From: Candidatus Multivoradales bacterium
Lineage (GTDB): Bacteria; Acidobacteriota; Thermoanaerobaculia; Multivoradales; J023
DNA length: 64,000 bases
Assembly (NCBI GenBank): GCA_965248925.1
Contig: CBDFLE010000006.1
Span: 3,072,001 to 3,136,000, forward strand
Direction: 5' to 3'
Below are positions 47,875 through 57,315 of the stretch, in pieces. The position numbers and the translations under genes are program-made. The notes below the pieces were generated by a model. That model saw only the letters and a list, made by a program, of their open reading frames with translations. It was not told the DNA's origin and did no database searches. The number at the start of each line of letters is the position of its first letter. Position 1 is the first letter of the stretch.

Positions 47875-50705
47875 GTCGGATCGAAAGTTGGGGGCAGCTG
47901 CGCGAACTTTTCGAAGCCGCCCTGGAGCTGCCAGCGAGCGAGCGCCAGGGCTTTCTCGACGGCTCGGGCTGTGGCCCGCAGTTACGCCACGAGGTGCTCG
48001 AGCTAATCGCTGCCGATAGCGCGCCTGCCGATCGCTTGGATCAGCCGCTGATCGGGCCGCTGGGCCAGCTTGGCCTGCGGCTTGCCAACTCGGCTTCGCC
48101 AGCCGGGGTGGCCGAGACCCTCTTCGCAGGCGGGGTCAGACAACTCGGCGTGGATCTGGGGGTGAAGGGGAATATCGGTCCCTACCGCTTGTTGTGCGAG
48201 CTTGGTAGCGGTGGCATGAGCACGGTCTATCTGGCGCAGCGCAACGACGATCACTATCAGCAGCGGGTGGCCATCAAGGTCATTCGTCAGGGACTCGACA
48301 GTGAGCCGATGCGGCGGCGTTTTCGCCAGGAACGGCAGATTCTGGCGAGCTTGGAACACCCTCACATCGCCCGCCTGCTCGATGGTGGCAGCACCGGCGA
48401 CGGCTGGCCCTACGTCGTTATGGAATATGTCGAGGGCCTGCCCATCGATCAACACTGCCAGCGCCAGGGGCTGGGCTTGCGTCAACGATTGCACCTCTTT
48501 CGGCAGGTGTCGCTGGCGGTGCAAGCGGCCCATCGGAACTTGGTGGTGCATCGCGATATCAAGCCGAGCAACGTTCTGGTGACCCGCGAGGGGGAGCCCA
48601 AGCTACTCGACTTCGGCATCGCCAAGCTGCTCAACCCGGAGCTCAGTGCTGCCGAGCTGGTTTCTACCCGCGCTTCGGCGCCGTTGATGACCGCCGGCTA
48701 TGCCAGTCCGGAGCAAGTACGGGGCGAGCCGACTACCACCGCTAGTGATGTCTATTCGCTTGGCGTGCTGCTTTATGAGTTGCTGACCGGTCGGCGCCCC
48801 TACCAGCTGGACACGCTGTCGGCGCTGGAGATTGAACGGGTTGTTTGCCAGGTTGATCCGTTGCCGCCGAGCCGTCTCGAACCCGCGAAGGAAGGCGAGG
48901 GGGAAGCCTCGACACCGCTACCGGCCACCCGTCTCAGCGGCGATCTCGATGCCATCGTCTTGCAGGCCATGGCCAAAGAGCCGGCCCGGCGCTATGGCTC
49001 GGCCGAGCAGCTGGCTGAGGATCTCGGCCGTTTTCTTGAGCATCGACCCGTCCGTGCCCGGCGACCGACCTCTGCCTATCGTGTGGGCAAGCTGATCCGG
49101 CGCAATCGGCTGGCTAGCGCGCTGGTCCTACTGATGGTGTTGGCGGTAGTTGGTTTGGCGGTACAGAGCGTCTTTCTACGGCGTGCCCTGGCCGAAGTGA
49201 GGGCAGAGCAAGAACGGGCAGAAATCGAGCGCGCTCGTGGCCAAGAAGTCACTCGGTTGATGGTCGACCTATTTGAGGTGGCGGCGCCCGGCGAAGTGGC
49301 CGGCAACACGGTGACTGCTCGCGAGATTCTCGATCGCGGAGCGCAGCGAGTTGAGGTCGAACTGCTGGGGCAGCCGCTGGTCAAGGCCATGTTGCTCGAC
49401 ACCATGGGCCAGGCGTACCGGCAGCTGGGGCTCTTCCAGCAGTCCGAAGGGTTGCTGCGGCGCGCCTTGCAGACTCGCTTGGCGGAACTTGGCGGCGATC
49501 ATCCAGAGGTTGCCGAAAGCCTCGCCCATCTGTCTCTTCTGCGCCATTTGCGAAGCGAGTTCTCAGACGCTGAGCGTCTTGCCAGAAAGGCCATGGCGAT
49601 CCGTCAACGGGTTTTCGGCGACGACCATCCGCAGGTCGCTTCGAGTCTCAACGATCTAGCGGAGATCGTCAGTGTCCGCGGGCCGGCCGAGGAAGCCGAA
49701 GAGCTCTTCAACCAAGGGCTGCGAATTCGCCGCCAGCAACTTGGCCCGGACCATCTCGATGTTGCCGAGAGCGAAGCGGAACTTGGTTTCTTCTTGCTCG
49801 AACGGGGAGCGATCGACGAAGCCGAGCCGCTGCTGCTGGATGCGTTGAGAATCTGGCGGCAGCAACTCGGCCTCGAGCACCCTCTCACCTCACTCGGTCA
49901 GCATCACCTGGCTGACTTGTTAGCCAAGCGAGGTGACTTTGCCGCCGCCATTGAGCTGCAGCAAGAAACCTTGTCATCAGAGCTTCGCGTATTGGGCGAT
50001 TGGCATCCGCAAGTGGCGGCTAGTACTAGAACCCTGGGGCGAATTTACCTCGACGCTGGAGACCTGAGCGCGGCGGAACGGCAATTACGGCGGGCCCAAA
50101 CGATTCTCGAACGGGGTGAGCCACGGAGCGTGACCCTGGCTGGCTTGTTGTCCGAGCTGGCTAAGACTCTGCTGGAACAAGGGAACTTGCAGGCAGCGCG
50201 GGATCTGTATGTGCGCTCTTTCGAGATCCTTCGCGCCGTGCTCGGTGAGGATCACCGGTGGACCCTGGGGAGCCTCTCCAATGTCGCCCGAGTTGAGCGT
50301 AAGTTGGGCAACTTGGTGGCCTCAGAACTCCGTCTGCGCGAGCTTCTGGCGGTGCTCGAGCAAGATCGTCACGAACCGGTAGATTTCGAGTTGGCTCGTT
50401 TCGAACTCGGGCGAGTGCTGCTGGAACGAGGCCATGCGGCAGCGGCTGAGCCCTGGCTGCGCCGCGGCCATGCGGGGCTGTTGGCGGCGGCGGAGGCCGA
50501 TCTGGCGGCGATGGCGGCGGCTGAACTGGGCCTCTGCCTTCTGGCCCTGGAGCGGCGCCCGGAAGCGCTGCCGCTGCTGCTGGATAGTCGACAGTTGCTA
50601 GTGGCGACCGGCAACCAGATTTTTGTCGCTACTCTGGCCAAGCTCGATCGCGGTCTAGAGCAGCTCGGTTGCCGCGGAGCGACACCGGCGCGGGACTGTC
50701 GATAG
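47871..50705 (+). CDS. Hanks-type Ser/Thr kinase with a TM helix and TPR repeats
   Basis: GSGGMSTV, VAIK, HRDIKPSN, DFG, YASPEQ, one TM helix, LG.DHP TPR repeats; GTGA overlap with the sigma gene. Confidence 0.94.
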   Translation: MSRIESWGQLRELFEAALELPASERQGFLDGSGCGPQLRHEVLELIAADSAPADRLDQPLIGPLGQLGLRLANSASPAGVAETLFAGGVRQLGVDLGVKGNIGPYRLLCELGSGGMSTVYLAQRNDDHYQQRVAIKVIRQGLDSEPMRRRFRQERQILASLEHPHIARLLDGGSTGDGWPYVVMEYVEGLPIDQHCQRQGLGLRQRLHLFRQVSLAVQAAHRNLVVHRDIKPSNVLVTREGEPKLLDFGIAKLLNPELSAAELVSTRASAPLMTAGYASPEQVRGEPTTTASDVYSLGVLLYELLTGRRPYQLDTLSALEIERVVCQVDPLPPSRLEPAKEGEGEASTPLPATRLSGDLDAIVLQAMAKEPARRYGSAEQLAEDLGRFLEHRPVRARRPTSAYRVGKLIRRNRLASALVLLMVLAVVGLAVQSVFLRRALAEVRAEQERAEIERARGQEVTRLMVDLFEVAAPGEVAGNTVTAREILDRGAQRVEVELLGQPLVKAMLLDTMGQAYRQLGLFQQSEGLLRRALQTRLAELGGDHPEVAESLAHLSLLRHLRSEFSDAERLARKAMAIRQRVFGDDHPQVASSLNDLAEIVSVRGPAEEAEELFNQGLRIRRQQLGPDHLDVAESEAELGFFLLERGAIDEAEPLLLDALRIWRQQLGLEHPLTSLGQHHLADLLAKRGDFAAAIELQQETLSSELRVLGDWHPQVAASTRTLGRIYLDAGDLSAAERQLRRAQTILERGEPRSVTLAGLLSELAKTLLEQGNLQAARDLYVRSFEILRAVLGEDHRWTLGSLSNVARVERKLGNLVASELRLRELLAVLEQDRHEPVDFELARFELGRVLLERGHAAAAEPWLRRGHAGLLAAAEADLAAMAAAELGLCLLALERRPEALPLLLDSRQLLVATGNQIFVATLAKLDRGLEQLGCRGATPARDCR

Positions 50706-50777
50706 GTGCGAGGTATCCCCGGCTGGGGGGCGGCGTGGCCACCGCCAAGAAATTCGGCCACGCCGCCAAGCTAGCGA

Positions 50778-51626
50778 TCAGTCGTTGATGCAGACCCCTT
50801 CGACGCGCTCGAAGTCCATCGAATGGCTGACGCTGACATTGGTCAGCAAGAAGCCGCTCGGCTGGGTCGGCACGCCGGGTTGATACTGGTCGACGATCTG
50901 AATGGCGCCCGGAATCGGTCGCAACCCCGGCGGTACGCCACCGTTGGGGCCGAGAAAGGTGCCGGGTTGGGTGGGGGGATTGGGTACCGTGCCGTTGACG
51001 ATCTCGGCCGCGGGACAGCCGAAGATCGACAGGTCGACGGTCTCTTGCTGGCCGGTGAGAGTGCTGTAGGTCAAGCCGCTACTGATGTCGTAGGACAAGG
51101 GCGGCAGGATCGGGTTGCCGTTGTCGAGCTTGGCCAGGCCGGCGCAGACCTGGGTGGTCTTGGTGGTCCACACCACCAGTTCTTGATCGCTGACGAGGCG
51201 CACCATGCCGCTGTAGAAAGGCTTGCCGGCGGGTAGGACACCGTTGATCGCCTGGGCGATGTGGTTGCAGTCGATCACCGTGGCGCTGTTGCTGCCCAGC
51301 ATCAGATTGGCGGGCACCAAAGGGGTTGGCCCGGCAGCGTTGGCCCAGCGGTTGTTGTCGGTGCGCAGCACTTCTGCTTGGATTTGTGCCGGCTGCTGCA
51401 TGCCGTAGTTGGTGAAGTCGACCTTGGTGGCGTAGTTGGCCACCTTGACCAGCGGCTCGTAGCCTCCCGGACCGATGTCCGAGATCTGGAAGCCACACTC
51501 GAAGTTGACGATGTAGACGAAGAACACCGGCATTGGCGGCTGGGTCTGGCCCAGGGTCGGGATGGCCAGACCGAGCAGCAGGATGCAATTGATCAGTAGA
51601 GCGAGGCCTTTGTTGGGCTGGGACAT
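50778..51626 (-). CDS. Hypothetical secreted Cys-containing protein
   Basis: Signal peptide, YIVNFECG, NYATKV, VIDC; strong GC3 bias; GGAGG RBS. Confidence 0.7.
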   Translation of the reverse strand: MSQPNKGLALLINCILLLGLAIPTLGQTQPPMPVFFVYIVNFECGFQISDIGPGGYEPLVKVANYATKVDFTNYGMQQPAQIQAEVLRTDNNRWANAAGPTPLVPANLMLGSNSATVIDCNHIAQAINGVLPAGKPFYSGMVRLVSDQELVVWTTKTTQVCAGLAKLDNGNPILPPLSYDISSGLTYSTLTGQQETVDLSIFGCPAAEIVNGTVPNPPTQPGTFLGPNGGVPPGLRPIPGAIQIVDQYQPGVPTQPSGFLLTNVSVSHSMDFERVEGVCIND

Positions 51627-51788
51627 TGCTTCAATCCTCCTTCTGGAAAACAAGGAACTCGCTGCCTACACGGCAAGGCGAGCCGAGGGCGAGCCACAGC
51701 TCGCCTCGTCTGGTAGCGCACCAAGAGGAGGATGGAGGGATCAGTCGTCGCCGAAAAACTCTGCGATCAAAACTGACGCAGTCTAGAG

Positions 51789-52712
51789 CTAGATATCGAG
51801 ACCCAGGGCAATGGCCAGCTGGCGTAGCTTGGCCTGGACCTGGCGCATATTCTCGGGGCCCATCCGCAGCAGATGCTTCTGCGCTTGGTTGAGCCGCTGG
51901 TAGCGCGCTTCACGGTAGTGGTAGGAGCGAATGCGCTCTTCGAGCAATGGCGCCGCGGTGGGCACTGGCGTGGCCAGCAGTTGCCGGATGGCCGCTGCCA
52001 GGGTTTGGCGCAAATCACCGTCGGGATAGCCGAGATCGCTATAGGCCTCGGCGAGCAAGGGTTCCAGATCTTCGAACGCTCGCAACGTACCGGCGGTGTC
52101 GAGGGAGGCGACGGCGTTGGCCAGCAGGTCGAAGCGACGATAGCTGCGCGGATCGATCGCCGGCCCGGCGCTGGATTCCTCGGCCACGAAACCACGCCCC
52201 GGGTCGAGGAAGCGCAGGTGAGGTTTGGGACTTTCGCCACGGGCGAGATTGTCGACCACCGCCACGAAGCGCCGCGCCAGGCGATCGTTAGCCAGCCATT
52301 CGACCAACTTGGGTTGGGCCGACAGGGTGGCGACTAACTGGCGGATCACTGGATCGCTGGCATCGAGCGGCGGCAGTTTCAAGCGTGGCCGCGGCGGCGG
52401 TTCGCTACTGGGTGGTGGTGTTTCGGTCACCGCCGCCGGCGCTGTTTCAACGGTCGTTACCGGTGTCGCCGTATGGCGCTGGTAAAGCCACACCGCCACC
52501 GCGCCGAGTACCAGCAAGAGCAAGAGGATGAGCCAGGGAGACAAGCCGCCGCGGCGATCTTCGGGCGGCGGTAGGAAGGGCTCGGGCTGGGAGAAGCCGT
52601 CGGCTGCGTCCAGCTCGTCGGCCCGCATCAGGTCGGGACCGTCGTCGAGAGCTGCGCCGATATCGGGTAGGTCGCTGTGGGGCTGCGAGTGCTTGTCCAT
52701 GTCAGACCGCAT
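51789..52712 (-). CDS. DUF3014 family membrane-anchored protein
   Basis: TM helix, Pro-rich linker, LPPLDASD, RRFVAVVDN, AQKHLLRMGPEN. Confidence 0.85.
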   Translation of the reverse strand: MRSDMDKHSQPHSDLPDIGAALDDGPDLMRADELDAADGFSQPEPFLPPPEDRRGGLSPWLILLLLLVLGAVAVWLYQRHTATPVTTVETAPAAVTETPPPSSEPPPRPRLKLPPLDASDPVIRQLVATLSAQPKLVEWLANDRLARRFVAVVDNLARGESPKPHLRFLDPGRGFVAEESSAGPAIDPRSYRRFDLLANAVASLDTAGTLRAFEDLEPLLAEAYSDLGYPDGDLRQTLAAAIRQLLATPVPTAAPLLEERIRSYHYREARYQRLNQAQKHLLRMGPENMRQVQAKLRQLAIALGLDI

Positions 52713-54648
52713 GGGAGCCTTGCTCGGCGAGCTCGTTGAGCTGCTCTTCGAGGGTCTCCCACTCCTTCATCAGCTCCTCGATGCGGCCGGCGAGATTTTT
52801 CTGCTCGGCCTCGAGGCGGCGGGTTTCTGGGGCGGGCGTCTTGTCAAAGAAGCCCGGATTGCAGAACAGCTCGTTGATTTCGCCGACGCGGCTCTCGGCC
52901 CGCTCGATCTCAGCGGTCGCCTGGTCGCGTTGCCGGGCCAGCTTGCGCTGTTCTTTCTGCAGCTGCTGGTCGTCGACCGGAGTGCGGCCTGCGCGGGCCC
53001 CTGCTTTGGCGCGGCGCTTGTCGCGCTTGGCTTTCAAGACCACTTTTTCGGCATCGAGGTGGTCGTCGCCACAGCGTTCGACGTATTCGTCGTAGGTGCC
53101 GTGGAAGTCTTGCAGGCCGTCGGCCGAAATCTCGATGATGCGTTCGGCGAGTTGGGAGACGAACCAGCGGTCGTGGGAGACCAGCAGCAGAGTGCCTTCG
53201 AACTCGCGCAGCGCCTTGACCAATGCTTCAATGGCTTCGAGATCGAGATGGTTGGTCGGTTCGTCGAGCACCAGCACGTTGGGCTGCTGCACGCCAAGGC
53301 GAGCGAAGATCAACCGCGCCGACTCACCCCCTGAAACACTGCCCACCTTCTTTTCCACTTCGTCGCCCGAGAACAGCACCAAGCCGAGCCGGCCGCGGAC
53401 GAAGCCGATCGGTTGCTCGGCGCAGCATTCCCACAGCCAGCTCTCGACGGTGGCTTTCTGGCCCTCGAAGATCTCCTTGTGGTCTTGGGCGAAGTAGCCG
53501 GGGTGTGCTTCGTAGCCCCATTCCGCGGTGCCGGAGTCGGCCTCGACCTCGCCCACGGCGATCTTTAGCAAGGTCGACTTGCCGATGCCGTTGGGGCCGA
53601 TGATGGCGAGCCGGTCTCCCCGATCGACCCGCAGCGAGACGTTTGTCAGCACCTGATTGTCGCCATAGGACTTGGAGACCCGGTCGATCTCGAGTGCCAC
53701 CTTGCCGCTCGGTCGGCATTGCTGAAAGCGAAAGGTGGGATAGCGGCGCGAACTCTGCGGCAGTACGTCGATTTTGATGCGTTCCATCTGCTTCATCTTG
53801 CTTTGGGCCTGGCGCGCCTTGGTGGCTTTGGCCTTGAAGCGGTCGATGAAGGCTTTGTGCTCGGCGATGCGCCGTTCCCGCTTCTTGATCTCGGCTTCCT
53901 TGCGTTCGCGCTCGGTGCTCTTGGCGCGCAAGAACGCCTGATAGTTGCCGGGATAGAGGTGGATGGTCTGGTAATCGACGTCGAGGATGTGGGTGCAGAC
54001 GTTGTCGAGGAAGCGGTGGTCGTGAGAGATCACCACCGCGGTGCCGGTGTAGTCGACCAAGAACTTCTCCAACCAGCGAATCGACAGAATGTCGAGGTGG
54101 TTGGTGGGTTCGTCGAGCATTAGGCAGTCCGGCACCGCCGCCAGCACCTTGGCCAGCAGCACCCGTAGCTTGAAACCACCGGACAGGGTCGACAGCGGCT
54201 CGCGATGCTGCTCGGAGGGAATCCCCAGACCCTCAAGAATGCCGCCGGCGCGGGCTTCCATGGTGTAGCCGTCGCGCTGCAGGATGAGATCTTCGAGTTC
54301 GGCGTAGCGTTCGCCGTCGAAACTCTCATCGGCGTTGGCCAGCAGCTCTTCTTTTTCCGTCATCGCCGCCCACAACTCGGCGTCGCCCATCATCACCACG
54401 TCGAGAATAGGATGCTCCTCGTAGGCGAAGTGATCCTGCTCCAGCACCCCGAGCCGGAGGCGCTTAGGAATCGATAAGGAGCCATCGCTGGCCCGCTCTT
54501 CGCCGGTGAGAATGCGTAGAAAAGTCGATTTTCCGGAGCCGTTGGCGCCCACCAGACCATAGCGGTTGCCTGGATTGAGCTGGAACGAGACATCCTCGAA
54601 GAGGGTTTGCTGGCCGAATGCTTTGCTGAGGTTTGAAACCGAAATCAT
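52702..54648 (-). CDS. ABC-F family ATPase (YbiT/Uup-like)
   Basis: Two ABC domains (GANGSGKS, GPNGIGKS, DEPTNHLD twice), PtIM linker KATKARQAQS, C-terminal coiled coil. Confidence 0.95.
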   Translation of the reverse strand: MISVSNLSKAFGQQTLFEDVSFQLNPGNRYGLVGANGSGKSTFLRILTGEERASDGSLSIPKRLRLGVLEQDHFAYEEHPILDVVMMGDAELWAAMTEKEELLANADESFDGERYAELEDLILQRDGYTMEARAGGILEGLGIPSEQHREPLSTLSGGFKLRVLLAKVLAAVPDCLMLDEPTNHLDILSIRWLEKFLVDYTGTAVVISHDHRFLDNVCTHILDVDYQTIHLYPGNYQAFLRAKSTERERKEAEIKKRERRIAEHKAFIDRFKAKATKARQAQSKMKQMERIKIDVLPQSSRRYPTFRFQQCRPSGKVALEIDRVSKSYGDNQVLTNVSLRVDRGDRLAIIGPNGIGKSTLLKIAVGEVEADSGTAEWGYEAHPGYFAQDHKEIFEGQKATVESWLWECCAEQPIGFVRGRLGLVLFSGDEVEKKVGSVSGGESARLIFARLGVQQPNVLVLDEPTNHLDLEAIEALVKALREFEGTLLLVSHDRWFVSQLAERIIEISADGLQDFHGTYDEYVERCGDDHLDAEKVVLKAKRDKRRAKAGARAGRTPVDDQQLQKEQRKLARQRDQATAEIERAESRVGEINELFCNPGFFDKTPAPETRRLEAEQKNLAGRIEELMKEWETLEEQLNELAEQGSHAV

Positions 54649-54833
54649 GACCGCGACAGGATATCAACCATGCTTGCCACGCGCGTAGTCTTGGCACGAT
54701 TTGTCTACAGTCGCTGCTGACCCGGACGCCGGGCTAGAGTAGCCGGCACCGAATATGCACCAGCAACTCTGCTATTGCCCTTCCGTTAGCCACCCGCAGC
54801 AGTCCGTCGAGGCCGACCGCCGACCCATTTGCC

Positions 54834-57251
54834 ATGCCTAGCCCGCGAAAACCAGCCGCCAGACGCTCTCGCAAGTCGCCCCCTCGAATCAAACCGAGGT
54901 CGCGTCGACGCCGTCGTTGGCGGTGGTTGTTGCTGGCCGCTGGCTTGCTGTTGGTTGCCGGTGCCTGGCTGGTGTGGCCGTTTTGGCAGCTGGCCGGCCA
55001 GTTCGGTGCGGTGCCCTCGAAGCAACCTTCGCGGCTCTACGGTCGGCCGTTGGAGTTGGTCAGCGGTGAGATATTGGCCAAAGAGCGACTGATTGAAGCC
55101 TTGGAAGAGCGCCACTATCGCCGCGTCGGCGATTCGGCTCAGCTGGTTCCCGGGGCCTTCTGGGCGACTGGTGTGACGGTGGAGGCTTTTCGTCGCCGCT
55201 TTCCGACCATCGATGGGCAGGCCGGAGGCAACCGCTTGCGAGCGCGCTACGAGGGCTCGCGGATCGCCACCTTGGAGGTTGCTGGACAGCCGGTAGCGCG
55301 GTCCTTGTTGGACCCTCCCTTGGTGGCGTCGTACTACCACTCGGATTTGCGCGAGCGCCGGCCGGTGAATGTCGATGAAGTGCCGGAAGATTTGATCTTG
55401 TCGGTGCTGGCGATCGAAGACGCAACCTTCCTCGAACATTCCGGCGTTTCCTTGACCGGTATCGGCCGCGCCCTGTGGGTCAACCTGCGGGCTCAGGAGG
55501 TGCGCCAAGGCGGCAGCACCTTGACCCAGCAGCTGGTCAAGAACATCTTCCTCACCCACGACCGCAAGTTCATTCGCAAGCTGCAAGAGGCCTTGCTGGC
55601 GGTGCTCTTGGAAGTACGCTTCGAGAAGCGCGACATCTTGCAGGCTTATCTCAACGAGATCTACTGGGGACGTTCCGGGCACGTTAACTTGATGGGCGTT
55701 GGCGCCGCGTCCTGGGCCTATTTCGGCAAACAGCCGGTTGAGCTGAGCCTGGATGAAGCGGCTTTGCTGGCCGGTATGATCCAGGCACCGGCCAAGTACC
55801 ATCCCCTACGCCACCCGCAGGCGGCGCGAGCCCGGCGCGACGAGGTTCTGGGGCGCTTGGCGAAGCTGCGCTGGATCACCCGCGAGCGCCTGGATGCTGC
55901 CGTCGCCCGGCCGATCGCGGTGCTGAAGATCCCCCTTGCAACACGCCGCGCACCCTACTTTGCCGATGCCATGATCGCCGAGGCCAAGCGTCGTTTCGGG
56001 GTGACCGAACTCCGCGACGGCGGCTATGTGCTGCTCTCGACCCTCGATCTCGGCGATCAGCGTCGGGCCGAGGAGGCGGTGGGTTGGGGAGTGGCGGCGC
56101 TCGAAGAGGGTTGGGAAAAAGGTGCCCAGCGGGATGGGCCGCTGCAAGCAGCCCTGGTGTCGATCGATCCGGACAGCGGTGCGATCCGCGCCTATGTCGG
56201 TGGCCGCGACTATGCCGGCAGTCAGTTCGATCGGGTGTCGCAGGCCCGCCGCCAAGCGGGCAGCGCCTTCAAACCAATTGTCTATGCCGCCGCCTACGAA
56301 GCGCGAGTGGCCAGTCCAGCGAGCTATCTGCACGATTCGCCGCTGACCGTCGAGTTCGATGGCCGCAGTTGGAGCCCAAGAAACTCCAACAACAAGTACA
56401 ACGGCTGGATTTCAACCCGCACCGCGCTGGAACGCAGCCTCAACGTGCCCACCGCTCGCCTGGCTCTCGACCTTGGCCTGGAGCCGATCATCGACCTCGC
56501 CCATGGCCTGGGGATTAGTGCTCATCTCGATCCCTACCCGGCCTTGGCCTTGGGGGCGATGGAGGTCACTCCGCTGGAGATGGCTCAGGTCTATGCCACG
56601 CTGGCGGCGGGTGGCCTGCGGCCGCCAGTGCACGGTTTGCAAGCGATCCATGATCGCGATGGCCGCACCCTGGCCGGGGTCGAGCTGCCGCCGCCGCAGC
56701 GGGTGCTGAGCGCGGAAGTGACCTTCATCCTCACCCAGGTGCTGGCCGGAGTATTCGAGCGCGGCACCGCCATCAGTGCCCGGCGCCAGGGTCTCGAAGG
56801 GCCGCTGGCCGGCAAGACGGGAACCACCAACGACCGCCGCGACAGCTGGTTCGGCGGTTACTCACCGCGCCGCGCCACCCTGGTGTGGGTGGGCTATGAC
56901 GACAATTCCAAGACTCACCTTTCGGGGGCGCGGGCGGCGTTGCCGATCTGGGCGCGCTTCACCCAGGCAGTGCGACCCGCTGGTGGTTACCCTGCCTTCC
57001 AACAGCCGCCGGGGGTGGTGCGCGCCTGGATCGATTCCTCGACCGGCGGCCTGGCGACCGAACTCTGCACCCAGGTCGAACAGGAGTATTTTCTCGCCGA
57101 CTTTGCTCCCTCCGCCCTCTGCCCGCTACACAGCCGTTTTCGCCAACGCGGATTGGAGCAGCCGCCGGGGGTGCGAGTCGAGCGCCAGCATCCGTTCAAA
57201 CGTTGGCTGCGGATCGTGCGCAAGAAGGACCGAGGACGCGGTTCTCGCTAG
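54834..57251 (+). CDS. mrcB: Class A penicillin-binding protein 1B
   Basis: TM helix, UB2H-like region, ED..F..H.G, QGGSTLTQQLVKN, SAFK, S.N, KTGT. Confidence 0.88.
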   Translation: MPSPRKPAARRSRKSPPRIKPRSRRRRRWRWLLLAAGLLLVAGAWLVWPFWQLAGQFGAVPSKQPSRLYGRPLELVSGEILAKERLIEALEERHYRRVGDSAQLVPGAFWATGVTVEAFRRRFPTIDGQAGGNRLRARYEGSRIATLEVAGQPVARSLLDPPLVASYYHSDLRERRPVNVDEVPEDLILSVLAIEDATFLEHSGVSLTGIGRALWVNLRAQEVRQGGSTLTQQLVKNIFLTHDRKFIRKLQEALLAVLLEVRFEKRDILQAYLNEIYWGRSGHVNLMGVGAASWAYFGKQPVELSLDEAALLAGMIQAPAKYHPLRHPQAARARRDEVLGRLAKLRWITRERLDAAVARPIAVLKIPLATRRAPYFADAMIAEAKRRFGVTELRDGGYVLLSTLDLGDQRRAEEAVGWGVAALEEGWEKGAQRDGPLQAALVSIDPDSGAIRAYVGGRDYAGSQFDRVSQARRQAGSAFKPIVYAAAYEARVASPASYLHDSPLTVEFDGRSWSPRNSNNKYNGWISTRTALERSLNVPTARLALDLGLEPIIDLAHGLGISAHLDPYPALALGAMEVTPLEMAQVYATLAAGGLRPPVHGLQAIHDRDGRTLAGVELPPPQRVLSAEVTFILTQVLAGVFERGTAISARRQGLEGPLAGKTGTTNDRRDSWFGGYSPRRATLVWVGYDDNSKTHLSGARAALPIWARFTQAVRPAGGYPAFQQPPGVVRAWIDSSTGGLATELCTQVEQEYFLADFAPSALCPLHSRFRQRGLEQPPGVRVERQHPFKRWLRIVRKKDRGRGSR

Positions 57252-57315
57252 CCCCTGTCGTGGTACGGTGAAAGTACCCAGGTGGCTATTTCGGTCACTG
57301 CCAGGGAGCCCGCAG

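Noticed and set aside
56776-57315. N-terminal extensions in the ORF track (e.g. the 744-aa phosphatase, murG from 3369, DUF488 from 42928)
   Set aside because: They overlap upstream genes; downstream starts with RBS or stop-start coupling fit the families better.
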